Source: Vicugna vicugna
Lineage: Eukaryota
NCBI GenBank assembly: GCA_013265495.1
Contig: MU058065.1
Coordinates: 9,403,720-9,467,719 of the forward strand
Reading direction: 5' to 3'
DNA length: 64,000 bases
Shown in pieces: positions 24,522 through 36,480 of the stretch. The notes under the pieces were generated by a model, which did not search any database, was not told the origin of the DNA, and was given only the letters and a program-made list of their open reading frames with translations. A program made the position numbers and the translations under genes. The first letter of the stretch is position 1. Each line of letters opens with the position of its first letter.

Positions 24522-26419
24522 GCTGCCTTCTCCATCTTACCCCTCCTCCGCTTCCTTCTTTTTTCCCTCTTGTCACCCTCTTTTCTTTTGTAAATTGAAT
24601 CACCCAGTGGACATTTGAGTGTGTACGCATCTACCTTACACACATTTAAAGATTTGCCAAGTTGTTTTAAGATACTATTTTACCTCGTGAAATAGAAAAC
24701 TACACCCTTAAAAAAATGACTAAATCTAAAGTGTCTTTGGAAATTTCATGAAGTCCTTGAACAGAATTATAGTTTTACTCTTTCTTCTTTTTCTTCTTCT
24801 TTTTTTTTGTTTGCTGTCCCTGAGGAAATTTAGCATGAACCTGTCTCCCTCTTGTGGATTTAATCTTATCTCTTTGTTGTGCAGTATGTAGTAAAATCAG
24901 AGTATCAGAGTGAAATTTGGGGGGAACTTCTTGTTGCCTTGACTCTCTGTTGTCTTTCTCTGCAAAGCAAGAAGAAGCATTTTTATAGTTATCAAAGCAA
25001 AGTCTTTACTTTTCTGAATTGATAAGTGTTTTGAAATACATTTTCAATCTAACATATTCTACTGCTAAAATTCTGCCTGTAAAATCTATTGCTTAAAGAT
25101 TTAACATGAGTTTTAAATTACTTAATACTTCAATATTAGGCTGAATTTATTCTCCATTTTGTGGTTAAGGGAAAGAAAGACCATCATAAAACTAAATTTA
25201 TGCGTCCTAAGCCAAACTCTAAAGTTTTTGCAGAATTATTAGCAACAATGACACAATACAATAATACTTGATATTTTATTTATTGATCATTTGCTTCTTG
25301 TCAAATATTAGGCACAGCACTTCACCTATATGAAATTGTTAGTCTAATTGTACTAGGAAACTGAAGCTTAAAGAGGCTAAACAAACAAACAAACAAACAA
25401 AAAAAGAGGCTAAACATTTGCTTAAGATCACATAGCCAGTTGCTGAGGTCTAAACTGGATTGATATCAATAATCCTAAATGGAGAAAGAGGAATGAAGAA
25501 TAACAGAAGCATGCATTAAATCCTCTCCCAAATTTTGGCTTTTGGGAGATGAGCTGAAAGATCTGTAAATAATCCATAGGTTTTTTTTTTTCTTCCCTTT
25601 GAAATATTTTAAAGAATAGTGGGCTTGTAAATAATGTGGGTTGATCATATTTCATAATGATTTGCAAGATTAAACTTTAAAGTATGGAATATTAATGATT
25701 AATTACAGAAAGACAGTACTCAGGCCACAAAGGGGGCTTGAGATCCAGATGTCAGGAGGTGGAGATGGCTGCCTCCTGTCATTATCGCTCCATTAATGAT
25801 GCCTCCAGCCACACCCACCCCATTGATTGCGTGAGACAGAGATGACAAACCAGCAAGAACATGACGGGACACGGCTGCACTGCTGATCCGGAAACCCCTG
25901 GGGCTGGACAGCAAGAAAGGGGAGGGTAACAGAGGCTCTTTTGAAACAAGTCAGTCTTTTAAATATTCACTATGGTGTCTTTGTCAATTCCTATGAAATG
26001 TCATGCTGCTATCTTTGAACCGAATTTAGGTCTACATACAAGAGACAGAAAAGATAGATGCTGTTAGTGGTCTCCATCGAATTATGGAATCTCAATTGCC
26101 TTGGTGACTCCTTTTCTCATAAATTTGGCTGTGAGTGAAGAGAGGCCACTCCTGTGATGGGACTAACCTATCATCTCGACAGCACCCTTCTCCTTCCTGA
26201 GCCCATATGGAATAAAGGGAAGACCTCCCAGGGGGTCCAATAGTCCTGTTTCTGAGCAGAAACAGCTGGTATTAATTGCCAAAGGCAATGTAAACACAGA
26301 GTAATTCTAGAGTGGCTGGTGAATGAGATCACGCATCTTTAAACACGAAAATGAAAACGTCAGCCCTTGAGATAGCAGCTCCCATTGACTTAGTGTAAAT
26401 ATTGTGTTCAAAGGGGCTC

Positions 26420-27050
26420 CGTGTTAGTCAACGGGCTTGAGCACAGTGTGCCGGATGCTTTCTGCACTAGAAGCCAGAAAACCTAAACTCAACTGGCTAA
26501 ATAAGGGGGCGATTCATTTTTTCTCAGAAAAAAGTAAATGCCAAGGCAGCTCAAGGTTGGCTAATGATAAAGGTAAAAAGATGTCATCAGGGATTCAGGC
26601 CCTTTCCGTTTTCACTCTGCCCTCTTATCCAGTCACTCTGATCCTCTAGCTCACTGTGCTCATAGTCGCAAGATGGCTGCTGCAGCTCCGGGTATTACAT
26701 GTGGACCTGAAAACATCCAGTAGAAGAAGAGAGTATCTCTTCCTTGGGTTTTTGGTTTTTTTAAGAGTGAAAGGAAGGGGAAAGTGTGGCTCAGTGTAGC
26801 ATGCATGAGGTCCAAGTTTCGATCTCCAGTACCTCCATTAAAAAAAAAAATGAATAAATAAACCTAATTACCACCCCCCCAAATTAAAAATAAAAAAAGA
26901 GTGAAGAGAACACTGCCCAACATCCCCCAGTAGGTATTTGCTTGTTATTATATATTGTCCAGGACTAGATCACATGTCCATGTTTAAAACAATCGCCAGC
27001 AAGAGAAATCTTGCCACCACATTTGGTTTAGACCAATCAAGATATATCCT
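26420..27050. mobile_element. Old MaLR LTR (MLT1J/K/L-like) interrupted by Vic-1
   Basis: AGAAAACCTAAACTCAACTGGCTAAA and CATAGTCGCAAGATGGCTGCTGCAGCTCC motifs. Confidence 0.6.
26777..26896 (+). mobile_element. Vic-1 SINE with internal deletion in the tRNA head
   Basis: GGCTCAGTG/TAGCATGCATGAGGTCC lacks about 14 nt; tail AAATAAACCTAATTACC; TSD AAGAGTGAA(AG/GA)GAA at 26763-26776 and 26897-26910. Confidence 0.9.
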
Positions 27051-27295
27051 TGAGTCACACAGAAAAGGAATCACCTCTGAGATGAAAAACAGGGGTTCTG
27101 CTATTGTAAAGAAAAGGAAAGGGGGTGGCGATTGTGCAGGCAACCAACGTCACTACACATGGTTTGGAGCATGTGAGTACATGTACATATGTTTTCTTTT
27201 TGAACACCATTTAAAGATTTATAGCCTAGACCCCATTTCAACCATCTGGAATGTAACTTGGCAGAAGTAATCACACCCAACACCTACAGGAACTT

Positions 27296-27408
27296 TGAGA
27301 GAAAGAAAGAGAGAAAGAGAGAGAGAAAAATAAGGAGAGAAAAAGGAAGGAAGGAAGGAAGGAAGGAAGGAAGGAAGGAGAGAGAGAGGCAGGGAGGGAG
27401 GAAGGGAA
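27296..27408. repeat. GA-rich/(GGAA)n simple repeat
   Basis: Directly visible polypurine tract. Confidence 0.95.
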
Positions 27409-27639
27409 GTCTTCTGAGTTCAACTCTCTTACTATTAGGGGATTATAAAGCCTAAGCAATGTTTAGTGCTGTCACTTTACGTTTCAGTCTGACAGTGGGC
27501 ATTTCCCAAGCACCTTTGCCAGCAGATTCCAGACCAACACAGAGAAGAAAGCCTGTGAAGTCATTATTTCTTCATGTTTTCTAACTATGGAAGTAATTTT
27601 ATATAATAAAAATTTTTAATATTTACCACACTACATACT

Positions 27640-27685
27640 TGTGTGTGTGCACATGTGTGTGTGTGAGAGAGAGAGAGGAGAGAGT
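27640..27685. repeat. (TG)n(GA)n compound microsatellite
   Basis: Directly visible. Confidence 0.8.
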
Positions 27686-28652
27686 GGTAGAATGAAATTG
27701 TGGTTGTAGTTGTTTAGGAAAAGTGCTTAACAAGTTGCTCATATACAGAAAACGAGGCTCCAGGGCATATTTAGAAGGAATGGCAAAGAGATAGTGAGAT
27801 TGCCTTGCATGTGAAATGAACAGAAGTGTAGTTACGGGAAAAGAGAGAGGAGGAAAGAGAGGAAATGAGAAGTGAGCAGGTGGCAAGGAAGGAGGCTACA
27901 GCCTGAATTAAAACTGAGAAATTCCCGTTGTAGGGCGATCAGAGGACTTCTATGCACAGGGGTGTCTAAGACTTCATTAGAACTTGTGTGATATATAATC
28001 CTCTTTGGTCACCCCAAATCTGTGTCATCTTGCTTCACATCCTAATGCCTTGTGTGGGTTTTTTGGGGGGAAATCAAAATGGCTGCATCCCACCAATGGA
28101 CCAGTGGAGGAAGCGGTAGAGAAACACTATAGCAGTGACGTTTGCATGAGACCCAGAGTTTAGTAGAAGCCTGGCACCATGAGTGACTCAGAAAGTAGAC
28201 CCCAGAATGCACAGAGATTTTGGAGATGGTCACAAACTTCAGTTGGGAATTAGAAAGGAGGCAAAAATGATTTTGTTTAAGTCTTTATAGGAAGGATAGT
28301 GTCAGCTGACCCTTGGGTTGCATCAATATAATGAAAAATATTTGCAAAGACACTGGGCATATGTAGTTTTATGTCCTTGTCCCCACCATGTTTCATAAGC
28401 ATTTGCATGTTTTTGAAAATATATTCCATCTAAATCTGAATTCTTAACAATTTTATTATGAGTTATATCCTATTCCAATTCAAAGTACATCAAATGTTAT
28501 AGGTCTGATATGATTCCAGATGGCAGCGGAAGACATTTTCCCAGTCCTTATAAATTCATTTCTGTAGATTTGGGCAAGTATTTAATTTTTATTGTGTACC
28601 TGCAAATAACTAAAATTGTTGAAATAGCCAATAACATCCCCCCTTGAATTTT

Positions 28653-28692
28653 AGACGAGATCGGGCGTGTTCAGGGTGGTATGGCTGTAGAC
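28653..28692 (-). pseudogene. RNA5SP: 3'-truncated (tailless) 5S rRNA retropseudogene, nt 1-40
   Basis: Reverse complement GTCTACAGCCATACCACCCTGAACACGCCCGATCTCGTCT is 38/40 identical to mammalian 5S rRNA nt 1-40; TSD C(C/T)CCTTGAATTTT at 28640-28652 and 28693-28705. Confidence 0.96.
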
Positions 28693-28938
28693 CTCCTTGA
28701 ATTTTAAATAGTAAAATTGTGCAAAATGTGCTAAAGCCTCAGAATAGATGTATTAAGCTGAGTTTAACTGGTGCGAACAATTAAAGCAGATTTATATAGT
28801 TGTTTCTTCTTCAAAATCTTTTTTCCTCTTCTACATTACCCTTTAACTTCCAGCTGTAAGAATGAAGACACACGTTCAGAGTCTGCCTTATGCCAGGGGT
28901 CTAGTTTAATGGTTTTTTTTTTTTTTTTTTTTTTTTGG

Positions 28939-28970
28939 NNNNNNNNNNNNNNNNNNNNNNNNNNNNNNNN
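28939..28970. other. Assembly gap (32 N) within a poly-T tract
   Basis: Run of N flanked on both sides by GG-Tn-GG. Confidence 0.99.
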
Positions 28971-29684
28971 GGTTTTTTTTTTTTTGGTGTAAAATATTGA
29001 TCTTAAAGATCAGCTGTTAACACAAGTGGACACATGAACCTGTGATAATACATGTGAAAGCGTCAGTCAGAGCACTTGGCTCAGAACCAGAGCTTAAGAC
29101 TTGCTTCCTCCTTTCCTTCCTTCATGACCTCTTGTTCCATGTGCCCAGTTTGAAATGACTTCTAACCCTGAGGCTTAAGGATGTTTCTTAAATATTACAT
29201 AAAACAAATACAGACCACTGACAGCAAATTAAAGTCTGCCTTTTATTGTAAGGAGCCTCAGTAACATTATGGTTCTAAAATCTGGGGAAATATTAGTGCC
29301 ACTTGTCCATGCTGATTTCTGGAACATCCTTCCCAGATGAGTGCTGTAATCAAACCTTTCCCACCTGTGGGCCAGAGCCCCCGGTAAGCCTCTGTAATTT
29401 TATAGGATATTGGGAAATCATACTGGAATTGGATAGTTTTTTTTTTTAACCTGTGTGCACCTATGACAGCTTATTAAATTGCGTAGATACTATTATAATT
29501 CATAAAATACAAATTCAGTGAAAAATACTGCTAAATTAATAGTCGCCTTTTGTTTTTAGAAATTTCTTCAGGGAGTTACTGCAAGTATGACTATCGTCAT
29601 GTCTATCTGCTAGTTTCTTTTTATGTTTAATAAAGTATTTGTGTAATAGCCAAAAAAAAAGGAAACTTTTTAAGAAAACATTTT

Positions 29685-30000
29685 GGGAAACAACCTAAAA
29701 GTCCAATATTTGTGGGGGGTGGTTAAATGAAAGATGACTCATTTTCATCATTGGAATATTAGGCAGCCATTTAAAATCATGTTGTAGAATGAAATATTGA
29801 ATGGACAAGGAAAATATGTTAACAGAATATTATTATGTGGAAAAAAGAAAGCTAAAAACCAATATAATGGCATGGCATTACCATTGAACAAATTATAGGT
29901 AGATAAAATGTAGAATACAAAGGTATCATTGTAAGGTTATTTTTGTTTATTTCTTGGTAATGAAATTACAGGACTTTTCCCCTAAATGTTCTATAAGTTC
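29685..30000 (+). mobile_element. Ancient L1ME 3' fragment
   Basis: GGAAACAACCTAAAAGTCCAATA..TGGTTAAAT..GGAATATTAGGCAGCCATTTAAAATCATGTTGTAGAA. Confidence 0.7.
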
Positions 30001-30913
30001 AGTTATAAGAAAATATTTGAATTTATTCTTAAGAATCTTCTTATTGAAGAGTTTGCTATTGTCCCATAAATAAATAGTGTTGGTGACCCTTGGCTTTTCA
30101 ACCTCTAGAAATGCTGAAGTTGTTTAATTTGGGGGTGGTGAGACAATGGCAGTTAGCTTTCGCTGGCAGCCCTCTGCTTCACACAATCTCTATGGCTGTC
30201 CTGCTAATGATGTGACTTGATGCCTGTCACCATTACTGGGAGAGAAAGCACAGCTGGGCACTTCTTTCTCAGGGGACAGGAGAGGCCAGGGGCCTTCCCT
30301 GGCGACCAGGAGAAGAAGGGGCGTCACTTAAAAGATGTGTTGAGATTATAAAAAACAAATCCTCCTTATCTCTAAACAGAACTGTATTGCATAGGGTGCA
30401 TAGGGGTGTGTGCAGCATATATGTACATAGTGTTTTTCAATAGGGGAAAATTGTCATTCAAACCAAGTGTCGCTCTGGGCTCTTGTGGGCCATGACTGCC
30501 CTTTTTGCTGAGCTGCAGATGAACAGAATTATGTTGCCTTCATAACGTGCCTCTTAAGTGCCAGCTGTCATATAGCGCGGCAGCCCTCCACGCTAACAAA
30601 GCCCTCATTAAATGGTTTGCTCGGAGTAATTTGCCTGCTCTCCCTGCCTTTCTAGCGACTGACAACTCTGCTCCCCCACCTCCCCAGGACCTTCAGTGGA
30701 CACTGTTAATCACTGAAAGGGAAGTCTGTGCCATGTGTGATGGGATGGTAATTTTTTTTAATAGTACATGTCTTCATGTTATTTTTATGCCCTGTTTCAA
30801 AAGTTTTTAAATGAGGTTGGTAGCTAACATCCTGTGCTATCATTCATTCTGTGGCAAAATAATAATTGCTAATTTTCTTCTTCAGAGAACCAGAGCTTTA
30901 TCAGGAATAACAT

Positions 30914-30937
30914 TATGCAAATGACTATGCAAATGAC
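30914..30937 (+). promoter_or_regulatory. Tandem octamer (POU) motifs
   Basis: TATGCAAATGAC x2; ATGCAAAT at 30915-30922 and 30927-30934. Function is inferred. Confidence 0.45.
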
Positions 30938-32259
30938 AACCAGAAGAGTATCTGGGGGGAAAAAAAAGCTCAGATAAAACCTTCAGAACACATCCAACGT
31001 TGGCTGAAAAAATAACTGAACATTTTAAACTGTAAGGTCACCATGGTAGCAAAGGGAATTTATTACTAATAAGAATTTTGCAGGAAAGCTGTGCACTCAG
31101 AATAAAAGAGGTATGGCATGCACTCGTATTTATTCCAGTTTAATTTATTTATAATATTATGGTTGTCCTTGTCAACTGTTAAGCCTCCTTGGAGTGGGTC
31201 TCTTTATCTTTTGTATGATGTCTAACATTCCAAAATGCTTCATGTCCAGACTTCCATTAGCATTAAGAATTAAGCCTTTATTTTCTCTGCTATTTATATT
31301 TTTTCTTGTCATCAGTGTTTTTAGCTTTTTCTTGTTGAGTATTATTAGAAGAAAGTGCATGGAAATATAGAGAAACATCCTCAAATCTTTCAAAACATAA
31401 CTTCTAGGGTATTGGTAAAGACAGTGTGTCTTTAAAAACTTGACATTATTGCTCAGGATACACCATTTGGAGCAGTGGGGAAAGAAGTCTGATTAAAAGG
31501 AAGGATGGACGCCAATGCTGGTTATTTCATATATGTGATGTATATACCTATTTCATTATCAAAAAGGGAAAATTGTTATTTAGTAAGTTTCATGGTAATA
31601 AACCTGAGGTTTTATTTTTGTTCTTTTTAAAAAGACCTATTCTTTGCATTTGATATAAGAATAATATTTGAAAGACCCTTGCTATAAAATCTCTATAAAT
31701 AAAAGCTAAACCAATGGTGACCTATATGATAGCAGGAGGAAAAAAACAAACAAACAAAGGCCTTTCTTCTCTAAAATATCTCATCCACCTCGGCCTAAAA
31801 TTTCCACCAGAAAACCCCTTTCTACCATGCAAATCCATTGCCAGAGAGTAGTGATGTGTTGGACCAGTGCAAATGAAGCCAGGCTGCCTGCGTCTGAATC
31901 ATGGGATGCTCACTGGAAAGGCAGGTTGCTGGGATGCACCCAGTTCTACCTCATCAGAGCCTGGCATTTACATTTTCAGCAGACTCAGCCCTCTAAAGCA
32001 CTGCCTCAGACCATGAAAAATTAAAATGGGATAAATACGTGATTAGTTCTCTTATAGAGCCCCTCCTCCAAGGAGACAAAGGAGAGAAGTTTCATGGTGA
32101 TGAGCTGGGGTTTGGTGGGCAAAGGGGTAGAAGGCAGAAGCTCTTTGAGAAAACCTCAGACAGCCACCTCAGGACAGACACTTCCAGAGCAGACACCCAC
32201 AGAGATTTCTGGGGTAGTAGAGCTCTGCGCCCAGGAGCCAAGGCTTTAGGCCTGAGGGG

Positions 32260-32710
32260 ACCCCAGTTACTACCTGTATGAATTAGCGTCTCTGGACCTC
32301 AGTCTCCTCATCTGCTAACTGGGCGTAAAAGTAGAATTGTTACAAGGATTGAAAATAGCTGAACAGATAAGACAAAATAACAGGATGGTTAAGGGTGTGG
32401 TTGTTGGAGCTTCCAGACGTCACGTCCCAGCTCCAGCACCTACTACTTGTGTGACCTTGACAGGCTATTTACTCTGTCTGTGCCTCAGTTTCCTCATACA
32501 TCCACTGGTGTCAAAAATTTGTATCTACGTTGTACATGCATTTTCTTCTGTAAAGAATACATGTAAATGTAAACACATGTAAATTGCAGTCACATGTAAA
32601 GGATCTCTACATGTAAATATGTGTAAAGAAACACAAATATATGTAAAGAATCCATAACAGTACCCAGCATATAATAAGCAACTCGATAACTGTTACTTCT
32701 CATCATTATT
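32260..32710 (+). mobile_element. MIR elements (two, adjacent or nested)
   Basis: CTCTGGACCTCAGTCTCCTCATCTG and TGTGTGACCTTGACAG..CTGTGCCTCAGTTTCCTCAT; 3' end ACAGTACCCAGCATATAATAAGCAACTCGATAA. Confidence 0.8.
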
Positions 32711-34039
32711 TCAGATATAAAGCAGCTGGCACCGGGTGGGAATTTAATAAATGATAGCTATTATTAGTAATAAGAGTCACTCTTGGCTTCCAGATGGGGT
32801 CTATTGCCAAAACCTTCTTGTGCAATCCTGGCTGAACCCCATGCCTTGTTCCCCGTTTATCATAATAGCGCTATTGAGGTTATTCCAGATAACATCTGGT
32901 GAGGCGAGTGATCATTGCACAGTGGTATATGCACATGTAATTGAGCAGAGAAATATCTGATTGCTTTAGGAAGGTGTGTGGGTGGCAGGGCTTGGGGTGA
33001 GATGCAAGAAAACTCCCCTCAGTCGTTCTGTAGGAAGAGCCCGGCACCTGCGTCAACAGCCACAGCGTCAGCTCGGTTGGTAACAGTTGATCTCTCAGAA
33101 GCTAATGGACACTCTTTAGAAAAAGAAAGATTTGAAAATCTAAACACTGTACTCACTTAAACTAAAAGCCTATCACATTCTCCAGGTTCTGTTGTTTGCT
33201 GCCTTCAGTTGACCTCCCCGACCATCCCTACAGTGATGGCTACTTCTTTTTCAAGGCTGGAAACAGTTGAAATATTTTTTTTCTTCTAGTGAATATGGTG
33301 ATTTTAATCTCTTGCTCTCAAAATTTGAAATTGGTGCTCAGTTCAGCATCCTTTGTGGCCACGTGAATCTTGAAATATTTGTAGAAACATTAAGAAGACA
33401 GGGGAGCCGTCTGGCCCTCGCTTCCTGCTGAGCATTGATGTAACTTATAGTTAAATGGACATCGGGGTGGTACTCATTGATGAGAGACAGAGACAGCGAC
33501 AGAGAGGTAGAAGAACCCAGATAATTCCAAGAATCTCAAGTTGTGGATTCACTTTGGCCAAATGTGTCACTGGCGGTCCTCGTGGGGGCGCACTAAAAGG
33601 TACTCAGGTGAGAGATATCTCCACTGTAAACATGACAAGCTTGGGTGCCATGGGTCTACTAACTTGGTTTTGCAAAACTGAAATGACTGGGTGCTAGTCA
33701 ATTGGTGTCTATTACATTTAAGACTTTTAAAAGACGCATGGGTAACATTATTAGCTAGAGACGCTTAAGGAAAAAGGTAAATTCCTCTCGTGGCTCAAGT
33801 TAAGTCCTGGAGTGGATAGAAATAGAATGCTTACAGCCTGAAAAGCAGGTCTCAGTGTTCCACTAGCTTAACCATTGATTTACCAGGGAATGGGGCTGGG
33901 AGCCTGTCTAAAAACCTCCCAAGCATGGTTCTCTTTTTATTAAAACCAACAGCTTGCTTGTTCTTGTGGAATTATGAAAAAGGTAAGCGAATAGGAAAAT
34001 GCAGTCACGAGAAGTCTTCTAATTAATAAGAGAAGTGTA

Positions 34040-34500
34040 GAGAGAGGATATAGGAGAGATCATTCTTTGCATGTGAATAATCTCAGAATTTAAGATATTT
34101 TTCAAGAATTGGTGACTAGGAAGATCATTTGAAGATGCATTTGAGTTGGACCTTAAAGGATGCCCAATACTTTCATAACAATGTGGATGGAAAATTCTTC
34201 CCCAACAAGGCACAGCAATGGACGTAGGCTGGCTTAGCTGGGCTGAGCAGGACCCGTATGTGAGAGAAGTGAGGTGTCAGCTGGTGTCATATTCAGAAGT
34301 CTGGACTTCATGGAGAAATGGTGAATCACCGACATGTTTGAGCAGGGGAGTGACATAAAGTGATAATTAAGGACGCATGATATGATGCTGTTGGGCAGGA
34401 AGGATTGCATCAGGAAGGGACTGGAGGCTGGAGGGTGAGCAGAAGGATGTTGTAAGAAAGAGGTAAAGTGGGAAGGGATCCAGTCCAGAGCCAAGGTCTA
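34040..34500 (-). mobile_element. L2 LINE fragment
   Basis: GATGCATTTGAGTTGGACCTTAAAGGATG; TTTGAGCAGGGGAGTGACATAA; GACTGGAGGCTGGAG. Confidence 0.75.
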
Positions 34501-34908
34501 ATCCAAAGACAAAGAAAATTTTAAAAATTAGGAATAGTCAAATATTATGGTTACTTTGGAAACAAACAGATTCATGAAAAATGTATTTGAGTACCAGCTA
34601 GAAAGCATCTACATAGCTTTGCTAGATTCTGAGGGGACACATTCGTTGCCTCAGTCACCTCAGTAAATACAATTGCACACTCAGCGTTTTTATTGTCCTA
34701 CTAGTTCCTTCTAGGAACAACATAAACTGAAACTTAAAAATACATACGTATCATTTAGTCTGTTTGTGTGCTTATGTATTTGTGTGTGTGTTCATGCATT
34801 AATTTCTGGGTGGGAGGAGCTTTTGGTAGGGTAAGTTGGTTTGAAAATGGCACTTTTGGTCTTACAAAGGTTACAATTTAAAGGGAAATTATAAGCTATT
34901 ATTTGGAA

Positions 34909-34997
34909 CCTCCTTCCCCTTCCCCTTCTTCCCCTCCTCCTCCTCCTCCTCCTCATTCTCCTCCTTCTCCTCCTTCTCCTGCTCCTTTTTTTCCCCC
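34909..34997. repeat. (CCT)n-rich polypyrimidine tract
   Basis: Directly visible; source of the poly-Arg stretch in ORF 34792-35292. Confidence 0.95.
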
Positions 34998-35774
34998 TGA
35001 AGTACAACTCCTTATTCCAGAGGAAAAAGATTAAAACTTTTGGTAATGACTTATGTGGCAGATGAGGCTTAGCAAGTTTTCTTTCATAATTCCTGCCACG
35101 TGAGAGCCCTGTTACTTGTGGCCAAGATGACATCCACTGTAGAAAGAGATTTGCGTGAAGGCTCTCGGAGAAAGAAAGAGAAGTTGGAAAATTAGGTTTG
35201 ATTATTGCCCTTAATTTTTGATAATAACGGGTACTCAAAGCTGAAAAGAAAACTTGGAATTTTGAGAGGTGTGGGAGGGAGAGGTTGAGCATATGATACA
35301 GATTATGTCAATATATAGCATTCCTTTTTTCATAGGAGCTGTTTTCCTCCCCCTCTTTCTTCTATAAAGAGTTACAAACAAGAGAAAAATAAAAGAATTG
35401 ACAGCAAGGGCTTAGTTCTTGGTCATAATCCATTGTGGAAGCATATGTTCCATATAATATTTATGAGGGGTGATCCCTGTAATTGGATGGAAAGCGGTCT
35501 CTGGTGCTGTTATGAATTAGAAAGTGCATGTAATTATGGATCTAATTCCCTAAGCAATTACCGTTTTACAGGTCTTGTGTGGAATCAAAGATCTTTAACC
35601 CTTTAAGACGATGTTGTTGAAGAAGTCACAGAGCCTTCAGCTCTCAGAGACTGTCGGGTCTTTTATTTACATATGGTTCTCCTCTTGTTGCATTCTCATT
35701 CTCAGAAGACCTCTTATTTATACTATTTGCTTATTAACATTTCTCTCCTCCTATTAGTTGTTAAGTTTCAGGGA

Positions 35775-36480
35775 TATCTATATCTGGCCATCTAGCCCTG
35801 ACCTTCTTTGAGCTTCAGTTCCCCATATGCAGTTACCAACTCAGTTTTCTATTTGAAGAGTTAATAAACACCTCAACTTTATCACGGCCCAAACAACTCC
35901 CCTCCTCCCCAAGAAAATCTGCTTCTCATTCAGGCTTCCCCATCACTAGATTTCTCAGGCAAAACCCTGGGAGCCATTCTTGACGCTGCTTTCTCCCTCA
36001 CATGTCGTGAGCAGTCCATCAACGGTCCCTGTCACCTCTAACTGTCAAATATGTCCTGAGTCTGTCTGCTTCCCATCAGCCCCACTGCTACAATCCTAGT
36101 CCAGCCGCCCTCCTACCTTTGTAATGGCCTCTGAACTTGCATCCTTGACAGCATGCTACTTTCAAAGGGTACATCAGGTCGAATCATTTCCCTGCTTAAA
36201 ACCCTCCTGCGACTTCCCATTGCAGCTAGAACAGATTCCAAGCCCCTTATCTGGCCTGCCAAGACCTTACGGCACCTGACAGCATTTATCAATTTCTCCT
36301 GTATTTACTTCAGTGGGTCAGTTACAATGGTCTTCTTTGAGACTCTCAGAAAAACACAGAGACTTTTACTCTTTCCTCAGATCTAATCAATCTTCTTTGC
36401 CTTGATATCTCCAGTACTAGAAAGGGTGACTAGGATGTGGCGGACACTCAACAGATACTTGTCGGCTGAAGGAATGAATA
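35775..36480 (+). mobile_element. L2 LINE 3' portion
   Basis: CTAGCCCTGACCTTCTTTGAGCTTCAG; TCCCTGCTTAAAACCCTCC..GACTTCCCATTGC; terminal GGACACTCAACAGATACTTGTCGGCTGAAGGAATGAAT. Confidence 0.85.

Noticed and set aside
28653..28692. Functional 5S rRNA gene
   Set aside because: Only 40 of about 120 nt, lacks the internal promoter, and is flanked by a TSD.
32550..32650. CRISPR-like repeat-spacer pattern
   Set aside because: 9-bp units with 7-8 nt spacers inside a mammalian MIR, and no cas genes.
34792..35292. 166-aa ORF with a protamine-like poly-Arg run
   Set aside because: The Arg run is simply the antisense translation of the (CCT)n tract; the flanks have no coding character.
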